Part shown: positions 51,342-64,000 of the stretch, piece by piece | Layout: each line of letters opens with the position of its first letter | Position numbering within the stretch: the stretch's first letter is position 1 | Assembly (NCBI GenBank): GCA_951406725.2 | Contig: OX597821.1 | Span: forward strand, 65,658,001-65,722,000 | DNA from: Octopus vulgaris | Lineage: Eukaryota | Reading direction: 5' to 3' | DNA: 64,000 nt | The notes under the pieces: model-generated | The model's database searches: none | Told to the model about the DNA's origin: nothing | What the model saw: only the letters and a program-made list of their open reading frames with translations | Made by a program: the position numbers and the translations under genes

Positions 51342-51664
51342 TTAGGAGCACTCCGTCGGTTACGACGACGAGGGTCCCAGCTGATATGATCAACGGAACA
51401 GCCGGCTCGTGAAATTAACGTGCAAGTGACTGAGCAATCCACAGGCATGTGTACCCCTAACGTAGTTCTCAGGGAGATTCAGCGTGACACAGAGTGTGAC
51501 AAGGCCGGCCCTTTTAAAATAAAAGTACAACTCATTTTTGCCAGCTGAGTGGACTGGAGCAACGTGAAATAAAGTGTCTTGCTCAAGGACACAATGCGTC
51601 GCCGGGAATCGAACTCACGACCTTACAATCTTAGTGCTCTAACCACTAAGCCACGCGCCTTCAC
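51342..51664 (-). mobile_element. SINE C-related element with a third tail type and 14-bp TSD
   Basis: AAAGAAGACTTAAT at 51328-51341 and AAAGAAGATTTAAT at 51665-51678. Confidence 0.85.
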
Positions 51665-53720
51665 AAAGAAGATTTAATGACCATCAATGAAGCAATGTAA
51701 GACCATCAATGAAGCAATGTAAGTCACCTACCAATTTGCTCAGTCGATGGCACATAATACAAGGCAGTGGGTAACATTTATTGGTTTTGGCCTCTCAGAA
51801 GCAGCATCAGCAACGTAAGATAAAGCAAAATGAAATGACAAAATTTTGTTATATCTCGGAAGGGTCACTTTACCAATAATAAACACACGCACCGGTACTA
51901 CTTAAGTTCTTTATTATTTATGTATCAATTGCTTAACTATTCAATCAATTAACTAATCAAGTGTTTGGTTAATACTTCGGTTAATCAAGCGATCTGTTAG
52001 GCTCGTCTAAGTTCTTACGCCACCATTCGCTGTCGTTAATGAAATCGCCAATGAAAATAAAAGAACTTACAAAAACCTAGCTGATTAATTGGCCGAATGA
52101 TTTATCAGAAGATTGATTAGTTAATTTGGTTACATAATTAACCAAATGATAAAGATGTGAAATAGAACTAATGCGTGTGTCTACGACTGGCAGAAGGAAA
52201 ACCAGCAAGCTGGTAGAATCGTTAGCATATCAGACAAAATCCAAAACGGTACTTTTTCCAGCTCTTTACATTCCGAGTTGAAATCCCGTTGAGTTCGCCT
52301 TTGCTCTTCATCCTTTTAGTGTCGATAAATTAATTACATATCAGTTGAGTACCGGAGTTGGGTGGCGGTCGATGCAATCGTCTACCTTCCGCCCACAAAA
52401 AACTTCACGCCTTGAGGCAATACTAGAAACAAGTGTTGGCATAACGACCCCCCCCCCACCGAGATACAACAACAATACATGTTTCAATACACGAATTCAT
52501 AGCAAGAATCTTGCAAATCAGATACAAAAACAAAATGACAAGAATAAAAGAGAAAATGGTAAAATTACGTATTTTATTATTTACAGTTTTCCTGTAGAGA
52601 ACTGAATCAAGTTCTGCTTTTTGCTTGTAGTGGTGTTGGTAATAGTAGTAGTGGTAATGGTAATGGTTGTCGTAGTAGTGTTCATCATTATAGTTATTAT
52701 TTTTATCTTTATTATTATTATTGTTATTTTTAATAATTTTTTAAAATTAATTTTATTAATTGTAGTCATGTGATTATGCTACAAATTTTAATTTTTGTTT
52801 TATATATCCTTTTTTTTATTATTATTGTTATGTTGTTCATATTGATTTAGACTGTAGCAGGAATAGTAATAGTATTGTTAGTAGTAATAGTAGTAGTGTT
52901 TGTAGTGGTGCGTTGTAAAGTTGAGTTTATAACACGGATAGTAGCGAGGGTTTTGCTAACAGTTCTTGTAACGGTACTGTAGTTCTTCATTTTTCCAGGT
53001 CAAGTGAAGTACTGGGGGTGAAGATATATTCGGTGGGCGTCTAAGGTGGGTAGATTTAATCCACAAAAAAAGAAAAAAAAAGTACTGTACTTGACCTTCC
53101 CAAATTTATGACCTCCCCCCAAAACCCACCCACCCACTCACCCCATATTAGTTACATGTCAATAATAGCGGGGGGATGGAGGAGGGTGGGGGTTTCGAGA
53201 CTGGCGGTTGGTGGGTGGGTGGGTGGTGGTTGTTGTGTCGCTGTTGCAGTAGCATTGAATGTCATTTCATTTCATTGTAGTGGTGGTAGTAGTGGTGGTG
53301 GTGGTGGTTGTGATGGTAGTGGTGGTGGCGGCGGCGGCGGCGGTGGTGGTGCATAAGTGATTGATGGCAAGGTTATGTAACTGATCATTGAAGAGAAATG
53401 GAGAGAGAGAGAAATATATATATATATTGAGAAAGAGAGAGAGCTTGATAGAGATGAAGAGATAGATAAAATAGATAGATAGATAGATAGATATATAGAG
53501 AGAGGATTAACAAAAGATACAATGACCAACAGATAAACCTATAAGTAAGGGTTTGTTGGGTGTGTTGTTGGTGGTGGTGGTCGTGGTGGTGGTGGCGGCG
53601 GTGGTGGTGGTGGTTGGGGAAAGGTGAGAGACTAGAGATAGAGGGAATAAAAGAGAAATAGCAGTTGGAATTGAGGGGAGGGGCAGCAGTGGAGAAGAGG
53701 AGGAAAAAGACAAGAAAAAG

Positions 53721-53751
<31 letters not shown>

Positions 53752-54699
53752 TATGTGCAAAGTCTTAGTAATGGAAGCAGATGATAAAACGGTGAGAGAG
53801 AAAGCAAGAAGTTTCTATATATGTGGTGTGTGTGTGTGTGTGTGTGGACAAATGAAAGAAAATGGCACTTAGCATGTTTGGTAGGACTTATATATATATA
53901 TTCTTAATTAACAGTTTGACTTGGCTCTGTATCACTCAATAATTCTTCTTTCAATTTCTGATGAGACGGGGTTTGTCCTATGCATCCATTCAGAGCTGAG
54001 ACAAAATGTTACATACATATATATATATATATATTCCTATAAGTACCGGTTCTTTGGAACATAGACCAAATAAATTAAAGAACTCAATAAGTGCCAATAT
54101 GTCCTTATCCAAACTAGAGAGTCCCACAAAAAAAAAAAAAAATGCAAACACTGTTCCACTGAAGGGCTCGTCAGCATGCCTGACGATCCTTTGAGGGAGA
54201 CAAAAATATGCATTTTATTCAACTCTTTGTTATGGATAAATCTTATACACACACACACACAATATCCATACATTATCTTAAACTCACTCAATTTATTGAA
54301 TCAAATTGTAAAAATAATTTATGATCACCCTGTGTGTATGTATATATATGTGTGTATATATATATACACACATATGTGTGTGTGTATATATGTGTGTGTG
54401 TGACACTTCTATCATTAACTCCTCTTTTCTGAATCAATCAATCAATTCCCACCAGGTCATTCTATATAAGTACATTCATCCATTCTGCAAGTGTATATAT
54501 TTACTAGTTCACTAGTGTCATGACTAAATGATCATGGGCCAATTATTGTGTAATACATATCACATTATCGATATCGCCAGCATTATTGCTCCCTTCCATC
54601 TCTTCATGCATGTTATAGGATTTATCACTCGTACATTGATAAAACAATTGTAAACAATGGAGTAAACAGCTCATTCTTCACTTAAATGCATACATATGT

Positions 54700-54744
<45 letters not shown>

Positions 54745-55614
54745 TATATATTTGTATATATATATATATATACACAAATATATATGCATATACATATAAA
54801 TATATATATATTAAATATATATATATACAATATATATATATATAAGTGGAAGAGTAGGAGGAGGAGAATGAGAAAGATTAGAAATTTCATATAATGCAAC
54901 AGAGGTATGTGGACAAATTGGAGAGTGAAAGACGGATGTGGAGACGAGGAAGGGATGGATGGAAAAAGATTGGAAGAGCAGGGTTATGCAGCCAGTTGCT
55001 AGCTAAGGGCTTGCAGACAACAATGTGTAACTAACTGACAAACAGAAACCCTGGGTAACAGCTAATTCGATAGAATTAGAATACACATACAGCAAGGTTG
55101 TGCATGTGAGTGTGTGATTATGTATGTGTTGAATAAGTTTTTGTGTACATTTGTGTGTATGTATGTATGTATGTATGTATGTATGTATGTATATGTAGGT
55201 AAAAAAGTTAAGAAAATAATAATGGGTGTGTGTATGTATGTATGTATGTACGTGAGTGAGTGGATGCATATATTTCCATGTAAGAGTACACGGGTGTTAT
55301 ACCAGGTTGTGTACATGCTTATGAGTTTGTGAGCACAGCTGATGTTGACGATGTTGATTATGGCAATGATGATGATGAGGCAGAATAGCAGTAGCAGTGG
55401 TAGTAGGAGGACGTTACAATGATGATGACGATGTTGTTTACATGTATATTGCTTTTGTTTGTTTTAATCATACAACAAAATAAATTTTTCATATACCTCT
55501 ATATAGTTGCGAATGTGTGTGTGTATATTATATATATACACATATACATATATATATATACAATATATATATACATATATATAAACATATATGTACACAC
55601 ATATACATATATAC

Positions 55615-55654
<40 letters not shown>

Positions 55655-55746
55655 TAGACACACACACATATATACTCATATATATAAATACATACATACA
55701 CATATATACTTACATTTACATATGAATATACACACACATGTATATG

Positions 55747-55798
<52 letters not shown>

Positions 55799-55847
55799 TA
55801 TATATATATACACGTATACATATATATGTATATTTACATGTTTATAT

Positions 55848-55900
<53 letters not shown>

Positions 55901-55931
55901 TACATATACATACATATATATATATATACAT

Positions 55932-55981
<50 letters not shown>

Positions 55982-57260
55982 CTATATTATTTCAAGGGTG
56001 TGATTGCCTCTTAAAGTGATGTCAGCATCCAAATTCCTCAGATTTATCCAGTGTAACAGTGAAATACTAAAAGATGTGAGCTTCACATTGATAAATATGG
56101 TTATATTACCATTTACGTATAAGAATAAGAAGAAAATGGAGAAGTGTTAGTATTGTGGAGTGCAATATGGTTTAGTTTAGTGTTATTTAGATCTGAGAAT
56201 CCCTGATAAAGTAAATATAGGCAGTCCAGCTGTGACTATCCCACTTATCAAGGACTGCACTGTTAATTGTAACCCTAATGTTTTTTTAAAGACAGAGTGT
56301 AATTGACGAAGATTTGATTGCAATATCTAGTGAGTTGAGGAATAACAGTAAGTCTCCCTAGTTTCAGATGGTATGAGATGTTGATTGTAACAGCTCTGCA
56401 AGTAGAAGAGTAAGAAGAAGTAAAGAACTTGTCTGTGGATGGTTATGGAAGACAGACTGATAAACAGATAGATAGATAGATATCTGATTGTCTATCTATC
56501 TATCTATCTATCTATCTCTAGATAGATAGATAAATAGACAGACAGACAAATAGATAAAAGGAGAGAGGGAAAAATTAGAAAAAGACAGACAGAATGAGTA
56601 ATGAAGGTTGTTTGATAAAGTAAGATGTAAATTAGACTGAAGGTGAGATTAGATGAGTCAGCTTAAGAGATAATGCTAAAATATCAGGGTTGTCAGAAAG
56701 ATCAATGGCCATGCAAGAGTGACTTATATTTTTATACAGAATGAGCCAACATAGGTGGTTCTATATTCAGGTACTCAACTGGCTAAGATTAGCAGCCAAT
56801 TTTCCCTTCAAATTACTTCCTATCAATTTGAAATAGGAAATAAGTTTTAATTGAAATTCTGAAATGTTAAAATATCTTTTAAGAAGCTTAAAAAACATGA
56901 TAAATAAATTTATTTGATGTAATTTTAACATTATTCTGAATATTATGATCTTACAAGTCTCATACTAATTTCCCAGCATTTTAATTCCCTACACATTACC
57001 CTTACATCCTGCTTTAAACAACATAGGAGGCTGATCTCATCCAGGGTGCATTGCACCAAAAAACTACCTGGAGTTACTCCCCAGGCAGTGAGATGTACCT
57101 GGAGGGTAACAGGGTAGATAGTGCAAAGCACCAATATAATTTAGCTCTACCAAGTACCCAACCACATAGAGATATTTAATAAACTTTCTATATTGCAAAC
57201 GCATTCAATTAAGTCTGATGAATTAATATAATAATATATATTATAACAAATAATATATAT

Positions 57261-57727
57261 ATTATTTAATAAGCACAATATGTATTTTTATGAGTCACTA
57301 ATAGTTTCATGTAATAAAAATAACTCAGACAGCATTTTATAACATGTCAGGTGCTTTCATGCAATCCTCAGACATGTTAAAAACTGCTGAGTTGTGGTCA
57401 TCACAAGAAACTTTTAGTAGCTCATAAAATTATATATAGTATTTATTTAATAATATTTATGATCCACCAGATGGAGTACTTTTGCTGTTAATCTTACCAT
57501 CATGGAAACGTACACTACATGTATTGCTTTATTTTGTATTAAGGCTACCATCGGTTTCTTGTTAAGAAAATCAATTTAATATAACAATTTTTCAAGTCAA
57601 TCACATAGAGGAATGGTGACCATCTCCGTTTTGGATAATGAAAACCATTCCTCCATGTGAGCGGCTTGAAAAATTTTTAAGGTAGTAAACTATTTTTCTT
57701 AACATGAAACTAATGGTAGCCTTAATA
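57261..57727. repeat. Two adjacent foldbacks of about 190 bp each
   Basis: 57261-57454 and 57537-57727 are each self-complementary; each is followed by ATCCACCAG. Confidence 0.75.
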
Positions 57728-57778
57728 CCTTAAAAAAACTATCCACCAGCACAGTGGATTTCATTGCTTAACATTTAC

Positions 57779-57817
<39 letters not shown>

Positions 57818-59354
57818 AAATTTACAGTAAATTTGAATTTTACAGTAAAATAGAATACATAGCTTATATATGAGTGATTATATATCATAAACATATTAGC
57901 TGTTAGTTTCTGTGGGAATGGACGAATTGATATAGATGCCTCTAACGAGAATCTAAAAGTCAATTTTTCAGTCTATCGAGAAATAGCTAAAGTACCCATC
58001 TTTGTACACCTACAAAATAGGTTACATATATGTACACACACAATACAAATGTGCCAGCATGAAAGAGCAGACACAAATATATAGATATATACATATGTAT
58101 GTATGTATATCTTGCTTGTCTATGACTTGCAGGTGTTTCAACACCAGGCGAATTCATGAGAATATATATTCTCTTCCACCTACAATCGCAGCCTGCCCAC
58201 GAACTGAAAAAACACATACTTTGAATGTGTTCGACACTGCTTATATATATATACATATATAGACACATATGTCTGTTTAAATACAAAGAGAAGGAAATAA
58301 AGAGATAGGCAGATGGTTAGGTATACAAACATACTATTATCTACTGCTGTTGTTTCATAAGATTGTTGTTTTGTCTGGTTTAACATTGCTTTCAAAAGAA
58401 TCACAACTTATGCATGGTCTAGGAGGACGAGCAGTTGTGTCTCATTATTACCATCGTTATCATCATTGCCATCATCTTCATCATCATCATCATCAATTAC
58501 ATTTTATTTTATGAGAGACACTTTACTTTAGAAGTACAAAATTGTAAAGGTAATACAGTGGGGGTATCACAGATCAAGTCGGTTATAAGGTGTGTAAGAG
58601 ATCAAGAAGACAAATGACATTCTAACTATGGCCATCCAGTCATATCGGTATATCTAGGACTATATTGTCCAATGTGTCCTTCTTTTTTCAAAGAAAGTAA
58701 GTTATTAAAATGAAGGAGATTTGGCAGCAATGTCTAGCAAGAATTACTCAAGTTGAGTGACCATGCAGAGTGGACATATGTGGAGAGTATTTTCTAAGAC
58801 ATTTGGGTAAAATTTGAGGGAGATTTGGTTGCTGTTTCTTGTTCATTGACCAACCAGTGAAAGGCTTTTTTGTTGTTGCGATTATGATAATCGTTATTTT
58901 TTTATCCCCAGTTCAAACATAATAGAGTAAACCTATGATCTATGAGCATGCTAGCCATAATCACCTCTATTGAAACAAATTTACTCATGCGTTGCTAGTG
59001 TGTGTGTATATATATATATATAATGGAGATGAGTACCATCACATCCATGTGGCATGCTTGAACAATTGTGAAGATCGCTAAGCATGAAACTATCGGTAGC
59101 CTTGTTAATCCACAAATAAAAACATTTATCCACCAATATGGTGTTGAACACTCATTCTCACTGTTCAATTTTAGCATATATATATATATATATACACATA
59201 TATATACATACATATATATATACATATACACACACATATATATATATATATGTATGTTTGTTTTTATGTTCAGTTATAATATAAAAACAATTTTACATTA
59301 ATCTGAAGAGTTATTCCACACTTTTGTTGAGTACAAACTTATTATACAAATTTG

Positions 59355-59385
<31 letters not shown>

Positions 59386-60272
59386 CACACACACACACAC
59401 ATATATGTGTGTGTGTAGATACACATGCATATATTCACACACACATACACAGATGGAGCAAAAGAACGATTGTGGTCATTTTATTATTGCTGGGAGAGCG
59501 GTGCTGATATTGGTGCTGTAGTAGTTTAGTAGATGTTGTAAGAGAAATGGTTGACTATGATGATGATGATGATGATGACATGACAGCATTGTAGTTGTTG
59601 TAGAAGTACTAGTACTGAAACAAGAATTTGTTTTCGTTGTTATTGTTGATGTTGTTGTTGTTGTTGCAGTTGTTTGTGTGATGGTTATTACTGTTGTTAT
59701 TAATGCATTTTTCTTTACTTTTTTGGTTGTTGTTTTGTTTTGTTTTAGTTGATATTTTTGGGGTTGTTTTCTTGCAGTATATATTCCCCCACCCCCGGTC
59801 ATTTCCTTTTTGAAACACCACTGATATTCAACATATATTTGGGTGGGGCTGCAAAACATCAGAATGAAATAAGCATGAAAAGAAAAAAAAAAGTGTGTGT
59901 GTGTGGGGGGGAACAAAACAAGAGTGGAAAAAGAGAAAGAGAGACAAAGATAATGAGACACAGACATAATATTAAGAAATATACTTTTAGAGAGATTGTA
60001 ACAAGCAAGGCGAGATGAATGTGCTCAGAAGAAAATAAAGGACCCCCCACACAGGAAGTATTTCTTTTTATTTTATTTGCTATTTTTTCTCTCTTTACCT
60101 TCATCTACCCTTTACCTGTAATTCATCATCATACTAATTAATATTATTAGCACTGAGTTCAATTTATTTAACTACCCACTCATCCAAAATACCAGGCCTT
60201 GTGCCTATAGTAGAAAGTGTTTTGTGTTAGGCCCTCGGGGCCAATCATGAAAACATTATTATTAATATTATT

Positions 60273-60715
60273 GAGTGATAGAGCAGTGCATGCCATCAAA
60301 GTGACAGTGGGGTAAAATATACGAGGCCCAGTATACCCATCATGACTACCCGTCTGATAAAGGTACATCAGGCACATGCATCACAACCATATGTGCGCAA
60401 CATGGTGATCTCATATCAAGATTAACAGCACATGACCTTGCAGGTGGGGCCCAGTTTGAATTTTCTTCTGGTTGAGTAACCCATCCTGATCAAAAGGTCC
60501 TTAAGGTTTGTTTAGGGATGTTGAACGAAACACCCACGTTTCCAGAGGTGAATTATCCAAACCACCAAGAATTCCTTTCAGCATATGGCTATGATGCTCC
60601 CCTATTACTTCAGCTCATGATCAAAGATGCACATATCGTCAGCCACCAAGGGACATGCTCAACTGGTTAAGGTCAAACAACTAACGAGCAAACCTGTAGT
60701 ATTAAACAGAATATT
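60273..60715 (-). mobile_element. Repeat X in an ATT-rich site
   Basis: Reverse complement of about 28943-29391, with the same 3' end. Confidence 0.88.
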
Positions 60716-61949
60716 TATTAATATTATTATTAATATTATTATTATACGTCATCAACGAGAGTGCTATGTTTCTCTTTTGGTTTTTGGTGCATAATTCGTG
60801 TTGGTTTCCATATTTTTTTTTTTTGTGTGTGTGTGTGATGGAATTTTCTCTCTGCTCCCGTTTCATGTGTGTGTGTGTGTGTGTGTGTTATTTTTCCCAA
60901 TCTCCTCTTCACCAATGTTAGTTCTTCATCGTTCAACCGATTGGCCGATTAAAACCTGCGATGGTTTGTTTGGGGTTGAAAAGGATGATGCAGAAGAGAA
61001 GAAGATAAAAAGATCGGAAGAGAAAGACGTAAAGATAACAGGAAATAGAATAAAAGATGAACTTATAGGAATTGACAGGTGGGATGATGGAAAGGCTGAA
61101 AGGGTTAAGGGTTAGGGATTAGGGATTAGGATTAGTGTGGCGTTGTTGTATATGTGTTGCAGCAACAGCTGTTGTTGTTGTTGTTGTTGTTACTTTTACT
61201 CATACTGTCTGTTACTCAAGTTGTTGTTGTTGTTGTTATTGTTGCTGCTGCTGCTGGTTGTTCTGTTTTTCCTTTTTTGGTTATTGGCAGCAACAGCAGC
61301 AGCAGTGGCGATGGCAGAAATGGTGTCGGTGGGCTGATGGCAGGCCGTTTTTGTTTTTTTTTTCAGTTTTTAAAGTTTTTTTTTTTTTTTTATCATCCAG
61401 TGGCAGGAATGAAAAAAAGCCGATTTGTCCTGGCACTATCACAGAAGACAACAGTGTCATCAAAGACACAATCAAAGACACAACATCATTTGTAGTAGTA
61501 GTAGTAGTAGTAGTATTAACAGTAGTAATGGTGGTAGTGGTAGTAGTAGTAGTAACAGTAGTAAGAGTAGGGGGGGAGGTATGTATGCTTGTGTGTATGT
61601 GTCTATATATATATATATGCATATATATATTATACATGTATATATATATAGTGTGTGTGTGTATATATATAAACATATATATATATATATATACATATAT
61701 ATACATATTTAAACATACATATATATACACACACATATATATATATGGATGTTATTTTGCTGTATAAAAAAACACATTTGATTTATACACACACACGCAT
61801 ATATATATGTATATATACATATACACACACACGCACACACACATATATATATATGTATATATCTTCTTTATTTCTTTTGATTCTTTTTTAAAATTAAATT
61901 TTTTTTTTAAATTTAAAATTTTTGTTAATTTTTTTTTTTTTAAAGGAAT

Positions 61950-62024
61950 TCAGTTTCTGTTCTGCGGGATGGCATTGATGGTGTTACTGTTGATATCAGC
62001 ATTGCCTGTGTGGCAGTTGTTTGT
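61950..62024 (-). CDS. Putative last coding exon (TNNCHTGNADINSNTINAIPQNRN*) of a cholinesterase-like gene
   Basis: Long polypyrimidine tract and CAG acceptor immediately right of 62024; phase 0 matches the upstream donor; TGA at 61950-61952. Confidence 0.65.
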   Translation of the reverse strand, partial: TNNCHTGNADINSNTINAIPQNRN

Positions 62025-62200
62025 CTGAAAAAGAGAGAGAGGAAAAAAAAAGGGAAAATAATTATATATTTATATATTTAGATTTGGATATGTTGAGTCA
62101 TGTGTTAATTAATAATAATAATAATAATAATCATAATGAAGATGATAACAATGATGATGAAAATGCTTGTCATGGTAGTTGTAAGGGTGATAGTGTTATC

Positions 62201-62381
62201 ATCATCATCATTGTTTAACGTCTGCTTTCCATGCTGGCATGGGTTGGACGGATTGACTGAGGACTGGTGAACTATATGGCTGCACAAGGCTCCAATCTAG
62301 ATCTGGCAGAATTTCTATAGCTGGATGCCCTTCCTAATGCCAACCACTCTGAGAGTGTAGTGGGTGCTTTTACATGTCACC
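62201..62381 (-). mobile_element. SINE family D fragment with (ATG)n tail, RTE-like
   Basis: Minus strand reads GGTTGGCATTAGGAAGGGCATCCAGC..CCGTCCAACCCATGCCAGCATGGAAAGCAGACGTTAAAC then ATG repeats; second copy at 63945-64000. Confidence 0.78.
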
Positions 62382-62561
62382 AATAATGAGGATAATAATG
62401 ATGATGATGAGAATACTTGTGATGGTGGTGATTGTAAGGATGATGGTGTCAATGATGATAACAATGATGATGATGAAAATGCTTGTGATGATGGTGATGA
62501 TTTTCTTTATGCCAAGGATGAAACTGAGATATAAAAGTTGATAATGTTCATGATGATAAAG

Positions 62562-62962
62562 ATACTCTTTTACTCGTTTCAGTCATTTGACTGTGGCCAT
62601 GCTGGGGCACCACTTTTAGTCAAGCAAATCGACCCCAGGACTTATTCTTTGTAAGCCTAGTACTTATTCTATTGGTCTCTTTTGCCGAACCGCTAAGTTA
62701 TGGGGACACAAACAAACCAGAATCGGTTGTCAAGCGATGTTGGGGGTGGTGGTGAGAAACACAAACATATAGACACACACACACATATATATATATATAT
62801 ACTATGGGCTTCTTTCAGTTTCCGTCTACCAAATCCACTCACAAGGCTTTGGCCAGCCTGAGGCTATAGTAGAAGACACTTGCCCAAGGTGCCACACAGT
62901 GGGACTGAACCCAGAACCATGTGGTTGGTAAGCAAGCTTACCACACAGTCACTCCTGTCCCT
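62562..62962 (-). mobile_element. SINE family B in the predicted intron, CpG-decayed
   Basis: Full-length copy with many CG>TG/CA changes. Confidence 0.9.
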
Positions 62963-63174
62963 ATGATGATGATAATAATAATTAAGATGAAGATAACAAT
63001 GTTTGTTCATGGTAATAATGACAATAATATGCAATGATCACAGTGATGATTACGATGGTGAAAGCAATAGTGTTGGTAGTAGTAGAAGCAGTAGTGGTGG
63101 TGGTGGTGGTGGTGGTGGTGGTGGTGATGCAGCAATAAAGACAATGATGGCGAATTTAAAAGCAAGACACTTAC

Positions 63175-63263
63175 CCATTTGTCACGTTCTCTTTTGTAAT
63201 CCTCAAATAAGTCGCACCATTCTTGGAACTTCAGCATCCAATCTTTCTCAATATCTTCCTTGC
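63175..63263 (-). CDS. Internal 89-nt coding exon (xKEDIEKDWMLKFQEWCDLFEDYKRERDKW), cholinesterase WAT/tetramerisation-peptide-like
   Basis: Acceptor TTTATTCATTTATTTTTCAG and donor TGG/GTAAGT; open frame; aromatic spacing W-x3-F-x2-W-x6-Y as in the AChE T peptide. The exon call is firmer than the family call. Confidence 0.75.
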
Positions 63264-63342
63264 CTGAAAAATAAATGAATAAAGATAAAACATACATACA
63301 CACATACATACATACATACAGGCATACACATACACATATATG

Positions 63343-63735
63343 TTGAGTTCGGTCACCCACTTCATTGATGACCTTCTGGAACTTGGAATCATCTGCAATG
63401 ATTCTTATGTTGCTGTGCTTGATGATGTCAGTAATGTCATTGATGCAGATGATGAGAAGAAGTGGGCCCAACACAGTGCCTTGTAGAACACCACTACTGA
63501 CTTGGGCTGAGATTGAGTTTACTCCTTCGACTCCAATGTGTTGGTTGTCTGTCTGTCAGGAAACAATCGATCCATTGTAGTAACTTTCCAAGGACACCAA
63601 TGCTGGATAGTCTTTTTTTTCACGAGAATCTTATGATCAACCCTGTCAAAGGCCTTGCTGAAATCAAGGTAGATGACATCAGTGTTGGAGCCCTCTCCCA
63701 AAGCTCTCAAAATGTCATCAAAGCGATACATACAT
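63343..63735 (-). mobile_element. CR1/L2/jockey-group LINE RT fragment
   Basis: DVIYLDFSKAFDRVDH, SGVLQGTVLGPLL..INDI, IIADDSK. Confidence 0.88.
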
Positions 63736-63944
63736 AACTATAAGAGAGAATCCACTATGTGGATGTTCTTACGCTAGATATAGATCCGCAAAGGGAATCG
63801 ACCACCAAGAATTGTTCTCAAAAAATAATTCAACACACCAAGAGCATGAACATACATATATATATATATATATACACACACATACATACACACCCACCCA
63901 AACATACATATACACACACACAAACATACATACACATATACATA

Positions 63945-64000
63945 TCATCATCATCATCATCGTTTAACGTCCGTTTTCCGTGCTAGCACGGGTTGGACGG
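63945..64000 (-). mobile_element. SINE family D 3' end, cut by the window edge
   Basis: (CAT)n CGTTTAACGTCCGTTTTCCGTGCTAGCACGGGTTGGACGG. Confidence 0.75.

Noticed and set aside
52999-53045. Plus-strand micro-exon (TTTTTCCAG acceptor, AAG/GTGGGT donor)
   Set aside because: Stops in all three frames and no partner exons found. It could still be non-coding or terminal (QVKYWG*), but nothing supports that.
53958-53990. CTGATGAG hammerhead-like start
   Set aside because: No GAAA or stem III downstream.
61100-61136. Telomere-like GGGTTA/GGGATTA run
   Set aside because: Short and degenerate; not a telomere or fusion signature.
63007-63474. 155-aa ORF as a single gene
   Set aside because: Chance chimera of a LINE RT fragment, a microsatellite, the real 89-nt exon and intronic (CAC)n.

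Overview
AT-rich, repeat-saturated animal genomic DNA. The SINE families and the (AT)n/(ATAC)n/(ATT)n load point to a coleoid cephalopod, most likely Octopus (inference from remembered repeat sequences, not from a search). Almost all ORFs in the supplied track are microsatellite artefacts. The only host-gene sequence I can support is two minus-strand coding exons (63175-63263 and 61950-62024). Spliced, they give a C-terminus resembling a cholinesterase tetramerisation (WAT/T) peptide, and the rest of that gene lies right of the window. Everything else recognisable is mobile DNA: four SINE families; many R4/Dong-like restriction-like-endonuclease (RLE) LINE pieces sitting in (TAA)n; a second RLE family in (ATAC)n; RTE, CR1-like and Penelope remnants; a full-length decayed mariner; several MITEs; Helentron-type elements; and a CsRn1-like gypsy LTR-PBS-gag. 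The best candidate for an undescribed system is at 44.7-47.6 kb. Two diverged, head-to-tail retroelements sit there. The complete copy is about 1.5 kb, encodes an ORF1/gag-like zinc-knuckle protein but no RT, shares its 3' tail with an abundant SINE, and appears to have re-used the first copy's insertion site. Also notable are a near-intact type I hammerhead ribozyme (311-366) and a 300-nt foldback whose transition mismatches are all G-U wobbles on the + strand (9731-10055). All coordinates and alignments were done by eye.
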